Source: an uncultured Pseudomonadota bacterium
GTDB lineage: Bacteria; Desulfobacterota; Binatia; Binatales; Binataceae
Direction of reading: 5' to 3'
Assembly: GCA_963805995.1 (NCBI GenBank)
Contig: CAWDWL010000002.1
Location: 135,773-199,772 of the forward strand
Length of the DNA stretch: 64,000 nt
Part shown: in pieces, positions 20,630-29,464 of the stretch
Numbering within the stretch: position 1 is the stretch's first letter
Layout of the letters: every line of letters begins with the position of its first letter
Notes under the pieces: generated by a model
The model's database searches: none
What the model was told of the DNA's origin: nothing
Seen by the model: the letters and a program-made list of their open reading frames with translations, nothing else
Position numbers and translations under genes: made by a program

Positions 20630-22018
20630 ATGCCGATCCAGAAGTTTGCACCAATGGCCAAGGATTTTCCGACCTTCGACTGCGATGCCCACGTCACGGA
20701 GCCGCCATGGCTGTGGGAGCGGGCGCGGGACCACCTGACCAGGAACGAATTGGAAAATCTCAAGGACAGCATCTGGTTCGACTCTGACAGCCAGCAACTT
20801 ATCGTCAACGGCTTTGCCGGGGCCGGCCTTGGCTCGCAGCGTATCGGTGGAACGGCCGGCATGGTCAATGTTCTCAGCCTCGCCGGCCCGGGTCTCAAGC
20901 ACAACATCCAGCGCGCGCTCAACGTGCGCAATCTCAAAGGCAAGACCGCGCTGACCAAGGAGCAGGCCGCCTACCTGGACCATGGCGGCTCCTACGAACC
21001 CCGGCCGCGCCTGCGGGACATGGACGTCCAAGGCATCGACCAGGTGATGATTATCCCCACCGACATCGATACCTATCCCTGGATTCAAAGTTCCGCCGGC
21101 GCTTACGCCATGTGCAAGGCCTACAATGATTGGGCTTTCGAATACTGCAAGGAGGATCCCGAGCGGATTTACTTTGCCGCGCTCCTGCCTATGCAAAACC
21201 CCAAGTTCGCCGAGCAGGAACTCTATCGCGTGGCCGGCAAGGGCTGCCGCGTAGGCTTGATCCGCCCGATCGACGCGATGGGCAACTATCCGATCCAGCC
21301 CAAGTACGCGCGCCTGTGGCGCGCGATGGAAGAGACCGGCGTGGTCTATGGGATGCATCCGTTTCCGGCCTTCGGCTCGCTCAAGCCGCCGGGCTATACC
21401 GAGCAACACTCGGGCGCCGAGCTGATCAATCTGGCCGCGACGTCATCGGGGCTGCCCCACTCCTTCTCCACCAATGTGCAAAACTTCCAGGCCGAAGCCG
21501 CACAGTGGGTGGCGATGGCCCTGATGTCGGGGTTTTTTGAGCGCTATCCGAAAATCCGGGCGGCGGTTTTCGAGGCCTCCTCGACCTGGCTGAGTTTCCT
21601 GTTGGACGAGTGCGACAAGTCCTACCGGCTGTATCGCAACGATCGTAAGATGGCGCCGCTCAAGCGCCTGCCCAGCGCGACCTTCTTCGAGCATTGCGTC
21701 ACCGGCTTCGAGGGCGACGAGGCTCCGCCGTCGCGCTTCCCCGAGTTTTACGAGGATATCCTGGCCTGGTCCTCCGACGTTTACCATCACGACGGGGACG
21801 ACGCGTGGCGGGCCATCGAGATGATGCGCAAATGCGAGCTGCCCGAGTCCTACCAGGCCAAGTTTCTCGGCGAGAACGCCCGCCGTCTGTACCACATCGA
21901 CCCGCCGCGCAAGTTCATTCGGGATCGCGTCACCGAGATCGAACGGCCGGATTGGTGGCCGACCGAAGAAGAGGTCAAAGACTCGCTCCGGCCGGAAGCC
22001 GCCCTGCGGCGGTTTTAA
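20630..22018 (+). CDS. amidohydrolase-2 family protein (PF04909-type), 462 aa
   Basis: …FDCDAHVTEPPWLWERA… N-terminal metal-binding motif characteristic of the family. Confidence 0.85.
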   Translation: MPIQKFAPMAKDFPTFDCDAHVTEPPWLWERARDHLTRNELENLKDSIWFDSDSQQLIVNGFAGAGLGSQRIGGTAGMVNVLSLAGPGLKHNIQRALNVRNLKGKTALTKEQAAYLDHGGSYEPRPRLRDMDVQGIDQVMIIPTDIDTYPWIQSSAGAYAMCKAYNDWAFEYCKEDPERIYFAALLPMQNPKFAEQELYRVAGKGCRVGLIRPIDAMGNYPIQPKYARLWRAMEETGVVYGMHPFPAFGSLKPPGYTEQHSGAELINLAATSSGLPHSFSTNVQNFQAEAAQWVAMALMSGFFERYPKIRAAVFEASSTWLSFLLDECDKSYRLYRNDRKMAPLKRLPSATFFEHCVTGFEGDEAPPSRFPEFYEDILAWSSDVYHHDGDDAWRAIEMMRKCELPESYQAKFLGENARRLYHIDPPRKFIRDRVTEIERPDWWPTEEEVKDSLRPEAALRRF

Positions 22019-22063
22019 TCTCATCCGGGCTGTGGCGAGCGTGCAAAGAGGAGCAAGGCGATC

Positions 22064-23350
22064 ATGACGAAAAAGCGGTTTCCGGTCTTTGACAGCGATT
22101 CCCACGTGGTGGAGCCGCCGGAGCTATGGTCAAAATATTTGGAGCCTGAATACCGCACTCTGGGCAAATTTGCCCTCTGGCGCGAAGAAGGCCAGCGCGG
22201 CTCCTATCTGAAAGTCAACGGCAAGATGTTCCGCGACACGATGAATTCCAACATCCCGCGCCACGCCATCTGGCGGCCCGGAATGACCTGGGACCAGGTC
22301 GGCGAACTGGACCCCAAGCTGCGTCATGCGATGACCGAAGGCGCCTCGGACCCGCAGGCGCGGCTTAAACACATGGATGCGATGGGGATCGACCAGGCCT
22401 TTTTGTATCCCACCTGGTTTGCCGAGGGTTTCCACCTGGTGGAAGACCCCGATGTGGCCTACGCGCTGGCGCGCGCCTATAACAATTGGATCGCCGATTT
22501 CTGCAAGGCGGCGCCCCAGCGGTTGTTCGCCGCGGCGATGGTCCCGTTGCAGAACATGGATTACACCGTCGAGGAGTTGCGCCGCGTCTCCGCTATTCCA
22601 TGCTTTCGCGGCGCCTTCATCCGGCCCATGTTTATCGAGGGGCACTACTTCACTCATCCTTACTACGATCCACTCTGGGCGGAACTGGAAACCCTGGGCA
22701 TCACCGCCGCGGTCCATCCAACCCCGGGTTTGTGGAACCCGGAATGGACGTCGCACGGCCCCTTCTTCGAAAAGGTAAAGAACCGGCTCAATCAATATGC
22801 GCTGCTGGCCTCCGCGGGAGGAGGCCCCAACGCTGGCGGCGGCCCTGGCAAAAGTTTCGGATTCTCCGCGTCACCCCCGCTGGGACATCCGATTGCGCCG
22901 ATTCTGTCCTACTGGTTGGACAATCACATGTTCGTCTCTTCCACCTTGATCGCGTTTACCGTGATGCAGCGCTATCCGAACATGAAGGTGGTGGTCGCCC
23001 ACGGCAAAGCCTCGTGGATGGAGGAAGTGCTCGAAAAGATGGAAGCTTCCACGCGCGTGATCCCGCTTTCGCATTACTATCCGGTGCGCACGGACGTGGA
23101 CGAGTTGTGGAAAGAAGGCCACGTGATGTTGGGCTTCGACGCCGAGGAAAGGTTGGTCCAGAAGCTCCCCGAAGACTTCGCCGACAAAATCGTCTGGGGC
23201 TCGCGCTATCCGCATCACGATACCACCAGCGCCACCGACGCGATCGCGGCGCTGAGCGCGGCGCACGTGCCCGAGCCCATCATCGCTCAAATGCTCGGTG
23301 GCAACGCCGCCGAACAGTTTGGCCTCGCGCCGGCGAAAGCTGACGCCTAA
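22064..23350 (+). CDS. amidohydrolase-2 family protein (PF04909-type), 428 aa
   Basis: …VFDSDSHVVEPPELWSKYLEPEYR… paralogous to the preceding gene. Confidence 0.85.
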   Translation: MTKKRFPVFDSDSHVVEPPELWSKYLEPEYRTLGKFALWREEGQRGSYLKVNGKMFRDTMNSNIPRHAIWRPGMTWDQVGELDPKLRHAMTEGASDPQARLKHMDAMGIDQAFLYPTWFAEGFHLVEDPDVAYALARAYNNWIADFCKAAPQRLFAAAMVPLQNMDYTVEELRRVSAIPCFRGAFIRPMFIEGHYFTHPYYDPLWAELETLGITAAVHPTPGLWNPEWTSHGPFFEKVKNRLNQYALLASAGGGPNAGGGPGKSFGFSASPPLGHPIAPILSYWLDNHMFVSSTLIAFTVMQRYPNMKVVVAHGKASWMEEVLEKMEASTRVIPLSHYYPVRTDVDELWKEGHVMLGFDAEERLVQKLPEDFADKIVWGSRYPHHDTTSATDAIAALSAAHVPEPIIAQMLGGNAAEQFGLAPAKADA

Positions 23351-23450
23351 GCAGGGTGCGGAAAAAGGAGTTTTTCGTCGCACTTCGCTGACCATCCGCG
23401 TCACGCTGATACCGCGCGTTGGCTTGGGTTAGTTCCCGGACGCGCTACTT

Positions 23451-23872
23451 GCAAGCGTGCGATTGCCTGAGGCGCAATCGGCACAGGAAGCGAGAGCAGA
23501 AAAGAACCTCTGCGCCAGAGAGTCTGTGCTTGCAGCGTGCGATTGCCTGAGGCGCGATCGAGTACAGGAAGCGAGAGCAGAAAAGAAAAAGAGACTGTGA
23601 CCGTGCATGTTTGTGCTTTTGGATCGTGAGTTTATTTTCGCTCGGGGTTATGTAGACTCCAGCGATGAGTCCGCGGATCGCCACAGCGAGCTTGCCCGGG
23701 GAGTCTGTGCTTTTAATCGGTGAGATCAGTAACCGGAGCGGAATTGGCACAGGAAGCGAGAGCAGAAAAGAAAAAGAGCCTCTGCCCCTGCGTGTCTGTG
23801 CTTTTGGTCCGTGAGATTATTTACGCTCGGGGTTATTTAGGCTCCAGCAATGGTCCGCGGATCGCCTCAGCG
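23451..23872. repeat. degenerate tandem repeat array (about 82-bp and 184-bp periodicities; about 2.5 long units)
   Basis: gcgtgcgattgcctgaggcgcRatcg twice (23456, 23536); cacaggaagcgagagcagaaaagaa three times (23482, 23564, 23748); about 80-bp block tgtgcttttggNccgtgagNttatttNcgctcggggttatNtagNctccagcNatgNgtccgcggatcgccNcagcg twice (23611-23688, 23795-23872) plus partial copies. Confidence 0.8.
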
Positions 23873-24189
23873 CGGGCCTGGCGGATCTGCTGGCGCTGAG
23901 AGTCGATGCCCATAACGCGTCCGGCGTTGCGCCGCTTGGCTTCAATCGCGTAGAAGCCGGCGTTGCATCCGACGTCCAGGACGCTTCGTCCCTCCAGGTC
24001 TTCGGGAAAGCATTGTTTGACGATTTGCCAGGTCCCGGCGGGATGGTCGATCGGTTCCGTTGCCGCCGGCCGCGATTTGGTCAGGATGCCCTGTCCAAGA
24101 TCAATCTGATGAAACCAGGGCGCCAGGTTTTGCACGCCCGCTCGAATTTCGTCCGCGTTCGTTAACCGCTCAATCCCGTCCCTTTTCAA
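23833..24189 (-). pseudogene. class I SAM-dependent methyltransferase truncated after motif I/post-I; its 3' end and stop codon are supplied by the repeat array
   Basis: MKRDGIERLT…WFHQIDLGQGILTKS…RSVLDVGCNAGFYAIEAKRRNAGRVMGIDSQ…AEAIRGPLLEPK*; only 118 aa where 200-250 are expected; last 13 codons lie inside repeat copy 3; the second copy translates in the same frame (…LAVAIRGLIAGVYITPS…). Confidence 0.5.
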
Positions 24190-25489
24190 ACAGAGACTCG
24201 ATTTCCGCCGCTACTGCGTCGATCAGCCAATCGTCCGCGTCGCTCACGCCGATTTCGGCCATCGCCCGGCCGGTATCGTTTATCAGCGCATATTTCACGC
24301 TTCGTCTGCGCTCGCGCAACCGCACTTGGCCGAGAAATCTTACGTATTCCCCGGCGGCTGCCTCGGTCCCATGGTGTTGCCGGATATACTGGCGCGCGCT
24401 TTCACCCATTGTCTGTCTGCGCGATCGATCCGCAATCAGATCCGACAAACACCTGACCAAGCTGCCTTCGTCCGCCTCAACGTCGAGCTTCACTACGCAT
24501 TCGTCGGGAAGCTCCGCGAACCACCCAAGGTTGGACACCACGCAGGGCTTGCCCGCGCCCAGGATACGGCACACGCTGGCCGAACTCTCGCCCATGGTCG
24601 GATAGCGCAGGTCGATGCCGACGTCGATGAGATGGCAATAATCGTTGAAAGTCTGCCAGTCCACGTAGCCCGTTGCGCGCACCACATCGGAAAGCCCGCG
24701 GCGGCGCAGATCGTGGCGAAAGTCCTCTCCCACTTCGCCAACCAGCAGGTACAAAAAGTCCTTGCGCCCGATCGCGGCGACGGCGCGCAAAACCAGCTCG
24801 ATTCTTTTGGCCAGGCTGCCAAAGCCCAGCGACCCGATCACCACGCGGTCCGCCGCAATGTCGTAGCGCTCCCGCAGCCCGCGAGCATCCGGGAAAGGGT
24901 CGGCAATGGCGACCGGGAGGTTCACTTTCGCAACCGGCAGGTGCGGATGCGACTGAGTCACCAGCCGGCGCGCGAAATCGGAATGAACGATCACTCCCAA
25001 CGCATGATCGAGCACGCGCTTATTGAGCGGATAACGGATCGGCTCGTATTCCCAAATTTGCCGTTCGCTGCTTAACGCGGTGCGGGCCAGTTCCTCGCCC
25101 GCGCTGCCGTAGTTGTACGCCATCTCCGCGATGTATGAAGCCGGCGAGCGCAGCGCTTCAAGGTAGTAGGCGGCGAAGAAATGATGCAACACGAAGTCGT
25201 GCAGCACCACCACGCCGGGCGCCGCCAGCAGCGTGCGATATACGTTTCGGTGGGCGGGAGAATTGCCCATATGGTAGATTATGGAATCGTAATTGGGCAA
25301 CTCGCGGCGCAGCTCCGGATCGTCAAAGTAGTTGTAAGTCCGGCAAGGCGGCAGTTCCGCGGTTGCCACGGGTTCATCAACCCAAAGATCGACCTCCGCA
25401 CGACTGGCCAGTGCGGGGAGTAGTTCCTTGCTGTAATCCGCGACCCCGGTGCGTTGGGGCGGCAAGGGACTGAAGTAGGCAATCTTCAT
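24170..25489 (-). CDS. glycosyltransferase family 4 (GT-B) protein
   Basis: 439 aa; GT4-like C-terminal half (…LVGEVGEDFRHDLRRRGLSDVVRATGYV…). Confidence 0.85.
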   Translation of the reverse strand: MKIAYFSPLPPQRTGVADYSKELLPALASRAEVDLWVDEPVATAELPPCRTYNYFDDPELRRELPNYDSIIYHMGNSPAHRNVYRTLLAAPGVVVLHDFVLHHFFAAYYLEALRSPASYIAEMAYNYGSAGEELARTALSSERQIWEYEPIRYPLNKRVLDHALGVIVHSDFARRLVTQSHPHLPVAKVNLPVAIADPFPDARGLRERYDIAADRVVIGSLGFGSLAKRIELVLRAVAAIGRKDFLYLLVGEVGEDFRHDLRRRGLSDVVRATGYVDWQTFNDYCHLIDVGIDLRYPTMGESSASVCRILGAGKPCVVSNLGWFAELPDECVVKLDVEADEGSLVRCLSDLIADRSRRQTMGESARQYIRQHHGTEAAAGEYVRFLGQVRLRERRRSVKYALINDTGRAMAEIGVSDADDWLIDAVAAEIESLFEKGRD

Positions 25490-26523
25490 GATACCAATTT
25501 GCGCACCACTTTGTCCCAGCCCATTGCGAGCCCGCTAATCATTTCAAAGCCGCGCGTTCCCAAGGTCTCGGCCAGCACTTTGTTTTCGAACAGGCGGTCG
25601 ATCCGGTCCGCGATCGCCGCGGGGTCCGAGGGCAGGACGAAGCCGTTGACGCCGTCCTGGACGAACTCCAGCGGCGCGCCGCTGTCGCTCAGCGTCAGCA
25701 CCGCCTTCTTTGACCGCAATGCTTCAAGCGTCACATATCCATAGTCCTCGCCAAACGGTCCGAAATAGACCGCGAGCGCCCTGGAGTACCAATCCGCCAA
25801 CTCGCGATCGTTCACGAAGCCCAACATTTTCACCCGCCGCTCCACTCCCAATCGCGTAATCAGGGCGCGCAAGCGATCATTATCGGGACCGGTACCGGCC
25901 AGTACGCAGGTGGCGCGGCTTTTGACCTGCGCCATCGCTTCGATCAACAACTCCTGCCGCTTCAGGCGATCGAGCCGGCTCGGATAAAAGATGTAATCGC
26001 CATATTCGCCGCCTCGCAACGAGGCGGCGTTGGGTGCGGGATGGTACAGATGCTCGGCGCGGATGCCGTTGAACTTGCGCAATCGTTCGGCCACGGTTTT
26101 GGAAATAGTGAAGACGCGCCGGGCCTCGGGAATCAGCCTGGTGTCGGCGTCCGCGATGACTTCCCTGACCTTGCGCGCCTCATCGTCGCCCCCGAGGTCA
26201 CCGTAGTCCGATCCCAGCAGGTCGTAGGCTTGCCGATGCTGATGGGTGAGCCAAATCACCTTGTTCGGATGTTGGATCAGGTAGGCGGGAAACTTCAGCG
26301 CGACGACCAGATCCACCGCCTCTCCGTTGGCCGAATTCAAATCGAGCATCCGCCACACCAGCATGCTGCGCACGATCTGCGCGGGCGGATGCCATTGAAA
26401 GGGAATTGAAACGATCTCGGCGCGATGGCCCTGCTCGATGAATGCGGTTTTAAGATTGCGAACCTGCAACTCCGCGCCGCCACTTACAAACGGCACTTGT
26501 GGTGTGCAGATCAGGATGCGCAC
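25486..26523 (-). CDS. glycosyltransferase family 4 (GT-B) protein
   Basis: 345 aa; MRILICTPQVPFVSGGAELQV…; ATGA overlap with the downstream GT4 gene (operon). Confidence 0.85.
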   Translation of the reverse strand: MRILICTPQVPFVSGGAELQVRNLKTAFIEQGHRAEIVSIPFQWHPPAQIVRSMLVWRMLDLNSANGEAVDLVVALKFPAYLIQHPNKVIWLTHQHRQAYDLLGSDYGDLGGDDEARKVREVIADADTRLIPEARRVFTISKTVAERLRKFNGIRAEHLYHPAPNAASLRGGEYGDYIFYPSRLDRLKRQELLIEAMAQVKSRATCVLAGTGPDNDRLRALITRLGVERRVKMLGFVNDRELADWYSRALAVYFGPFGEDYGYVTLEALRSKKAVLTLSDSGAPLEFVQDGVNGFVLPSDPAAIADRIDRLFENKVLAETLGTRGFEMISGLAMGWDKVVRKLVS

Positions 26524-26529
26524 GACGGT

Positions 26530-27075
26530 TCACGCATCGTAACGCGGCCCGCTTCGCGGTTGGGCGCCCGCTTTTTCGGCAGCGTCAGAGCGGTCATCGA
26601 GCTTGCCGGGACTGCGGCCAACGGTCGAGGATGGGCCATTGGACGCCGGCGAGCCGGCGAACGGTCCCGATGTCTGTGCGGCGCCAAGCCGCGCTTCAAG
26701 CGCGGCCAGTCTCTGCGCCATCCTGGCGTGCTCCGCCTCCAGTGAACCAAGCTTGTGGGTCAGATGGCCGATAACGCGCACGGCCGCGCCATTGTAGGCG
26801 CTTTGCCGGGCCAGCAGCTGCAACAGCAGTTCACGCGCGATATTTTTTATCGAGATGATGACGCGGCCCAAAAACTTGCGATGGGACGTAAACGGCGCGC
26901 CGGCGATATCGTAGGTGCAACGGAGCACCTCGAGGTCGGCCTCGATCGCGCCCTCAGGCTCCGCCGCGAGGCGCGATGCGGGAATATGCGAACGCGGAAC
27001 CTGGGCTCTGCGGATGCTCGCCCGTAGTTCTCCGGCTACCTTATCCACCTCGGGGTTTTGGCTGTGTGGTGCCAC
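26530..27075 (-). CDS. hypothetical coiled-coil protein; start tentative (GTG at 27075)
   Basis: C-terminal half of ORF 26530..27357 is heptad-like (…LGSLEAEHARMAQRLAALEARLG…); N-terminal part of the ORF is low complexity. Confidence 0.4.
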   Translation of the reverse strand: MAPHSQNPEVDKVAGELRASIRRAQVPRSHIPASRLAAEPEGAIEADLEVLRCTYDIAGAPFTSHRKFLGRVIISIKNIARELLLQLLARQSAYNGAAVRVIGHLTHKLGSLEAEHARMAQRLAALEARLGAAQTSGPFAGSPASNGPSSTVGRSPGKLDDRSDAAEKAGAQPRSGPRYDA

Positions 27076-27293
27076 GTTCTTCCAGCCGCCCGGTATCCAA
27101 TGGTGTACAGGTCGCTCCGACGCGGGCGGAGTAACCGGATTATACCGAAACGCCCGCACGATCAAACGTGGACACGAGGGGCGAACCGCCGACTCTATGG
27201 CCGGGGGAACCCGCACCCAAGCGGCGCAAGGTTGCGCAGGCGGCGTTTCGGTTGCACAATCTGGATGGCTGATCCAAGGAGGAATGAAAGGCG

Positions 27294-27719
27294 ATGCCCT
27301 CGAGCTGCCCGCGTTGCGGCGCGGTCTTAAATATCGGTTCCGCCAACTGCCCGTCATGCGGCGCCGCGGTTACGTCCGCCACCCAGCCCAACAACGTGAT
27401 TGCCGCACTTAGTTACGTTGGTTTCGCCATCACGGGCATCATCTTTTTGTTGGTGGAACCGTATAACCGCGACGAATCGGTGCGTTTTCACGCCCGCCAG
27501 TCGATCGCCTTCACGGTCGCCTGGATCGCTTTTTCCATCGTGATGAATGTCTTCATCGCGGTGATGCCCGGCCCACTGAAAGGACTGTTCCTGCTGCTGA
27601 ATCGGCTCGGCGACATCGCCTTGGCGGTCCTGTGGATTTTCCTGATCTACCAGGCCTACATGGGAAATCGCTTCCGCGTGCCACTGCTGGCCGATTGGGC
27701 CGACACCGTGCCGTTTTAG
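27294..27719 (+). CDS. zinc-ribbon plus DUF4870-family membrane protein
   Basis: MPSSCPRCGAVLNIGSANCPSCGA… (double CxxC) then a hydrophobic DUF4870-like core. Confidence 0.8.
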   Translation: MPSSCPRCGAVLNIGSANCPSCGAAVTSATQPNNVIAALSYVGFAITGIIFLLVEPYNRDESVRFHARQSIAFTVAWIAFSIVMNVFIAVMPGPLKGLFLLLNRLGDIALAVLWIFLIYQAYMGNRFRVPLLADWADTVPF

Positions 27720-28120
27720 CCGAAGCGAACCGTCCCTCCTGGGCTTCACTCGGAACCAACTTCCAGACTTTCGACCCGCCACAAAGTGTCCCTGCCGCAG
27801 CGGCTTGGCTGACGTGCGGCCCGGTGACACGCTCAAGGGCGTGCGCGATCGCGCCATCCTGGGCAACCTGCTCTCATCACGGAATCCGACGTGATGAGAA
27901 AACTCCAGCCTCGCCGACTCGCTCGGTCGCCCCGCTGCCTTGACTTGAGGAATAGGGCGAATATCAACCCGGTAGCCATACTATATGTAAATGGTTGCGT
28001 AAGAGATCCTTCATGTCCTTTACTTCCTTCGGCATTAGAAGCTCTGCTCGTTGTGCGCGCCCCCCCACGTTTCATGCTCTCACCGCGAAGATCGACCGTC
28101 TCTGTCCGGTGGAGAAGCAT

Positions 28121-28594
28121 TTACTCCGCGCCGACGTCGAGGCTCTCGACGCGCACGCCGTCAGCTTCGAACCGGATCACTATCCGGCAGGCCGGCGTTC
28201 CCAGCGTAAGGGTATAGATTCCGGGGCCGCGTTGCGCGGCGCCGATCTCGGTCAGCGGTTGATCCTTGAGTTGGGCCAGCGCGGCGTTGAGCGAGCTTAG
28301 TTGCGCGGCCAATGCCTTTGCGCGCGGGGTCTTCTGAAACAGCGCGGTCAGCGCCAGATGCGCGCCGGGTCCGGCCGTGCGCCGGATGCGGTCGCCGGAG
28401 AGGCAGACTTCCACGATTGCCGTCAGGCGCGGAACCAGGGCGGCGGGCACTTCCAGGCGGCCCACTGCTTCCGCCAGCGCGCGGTAATCCTGTTGCGCCT
28501 GCGGGTCGGGATTGGCTTGGGCAAAGCTCGCTATTTGCTGCAGCACAACCTGGCGCTGCAGGTCGTCGAGCGTCAGCGATTCATCGTCAGTCAC
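28121..28594 (-). CDS. hypothetical protein (157 aa) at the end of the sulfite reductase-cysH operon
   Basis: ORF starts 25 nt after the cysH stop, same strand; no family recognised. Confidence 0.55.
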   Translation of the reverse strand: MTDDESLTLDDLQRQVVLQQIASFAQANPDPQAQQDYRALAEAVGRLEVPAALVPRLTAIVEVCLSGDRIRRTAGPGAHLALTALFQKTPRAKALAAQLSSLNAALAQLKDQPLTEIGAAQRGPGIYTLTLGTPACRIVIRFEADGVRVESLDVGAE

Positions 28595-28618
28595 GGCGAA
28601 AATGCGGCGGTGCCGTAG

Positions 28619-29464
28619 TCAGTGGCTCGATCCGGACCCGTTTCCCGAGCCATTGATCGAGGGCCCATGACCGCCGAGCAATGCCGCCAGTTCATGCTCG
28701 AAGCCGCCGGTCTCGATCGCGCAATGCATGCCGCATTCCTTAGGTGCGCCGGTTTCCCACCACCATCGCCCCTCACGCGCATCGACACCCTCAGGGACGG
28801 TCCGGGTGCACGGCGCGCAGCCGATAGACTTGTAGCCCTTGTCGTAGAGTTCGCTATAGGGCACGTCGTTGGCGCGGATGTAATCCCACACCTCTTCCTC
28901 GGTCCAGTCGGCCAACGGCGCCACTTTGACGATTCCGCCGTGGTCGTGGTCGATCTCGATCTTGCGGATGTTGGAACGGGTGGCCCATTGATCGCGCCGC
29001 AGCCCGGTCACCCAGGCGTCGTAGTTGAGCAGCGCGCGGCGCAGCGGCAGCACCTTGCGCACCTGGCAGCAGAGCAGCCGCAGGTTGACGTCGCGATAGA
29101 ACAGGTTGAGCCCGTGCTTGGAAACCATCTGCTCGACGATCTTGGTATCGGGCAGGAAGATCTCGGTCTTGATCCCATAGCGGTCACGAACCCGCTCAAT
29201 CAGGCTATAGGTTTCCTCGGGCATGCGGCCGGTGTCGATAGTGAACACGCGCACATTGGGATCGATGCGCCAGGCCATGTCGATCAGGACGCAACCGTCG
29301 GCCTGGAAGCTGGAACAGATTCCCATGCGGTCGCCGAAGCGCTCGATCGTCCAGGCCAGTACCTCCGCCGGTTCTTTGTCATCGTACTCGACGGCGGCTT
29401 CGCCCGCCTCGAGTTCGTCCATCAACTCTTGTCGCTGTTCCGCTTCCTGGTTCATAAGCATCAC
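28619..29464 (-). CDS. cysH: phosphoadenosine phosphosulfate/adenylylsulfate reductase, Fe-S type (C-terminal CC…CxxC cluster)
   Basis: …LAWTIERFGDRMGICSSFQADGCVLIDMA… PAPS-reductase fold plus …LLCCQ… and …KECGMHC… cysteine motifs. Confidence 0.9.
   Translation of the reverse strand: MMLMNQEAEQRQELMDELEAGEAAVEYDDKEPAEVLAWTIERFGDRMGICSSFQADGCVLIDMAWRIDPNVRVFTIDTGRMPEETYSLIERVRDRYGIKTEIFLPDTKIVEQMVSKHGLNLFYRDVNLRLLCCQVRKVLPLRRALLNYDAWVTGLRRDQWATRSNIRKIEIDHDHGGIVKVAPLADWTEEEVWDYIRANDVPYSELYDKGYKSIGCAPCTRTVPEGVDAREGRWWWETGAPKECGMHCAIETGGFEHELAALLGGHGPSINGSGNGSGSSH

Noticed and set aside
20135-21409. 424-aa - strand ORF
   Set aside because: Antisense to Kce (19561-20424) and the amidohydrolase 20630-22018. 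No homology features.
23451-23872. Possible CRISPR array
   Set aside because: The repeats are long (80-180 bp), degenerate and contiguous, with no regular short repeat-spacer pattern and no cas genes.
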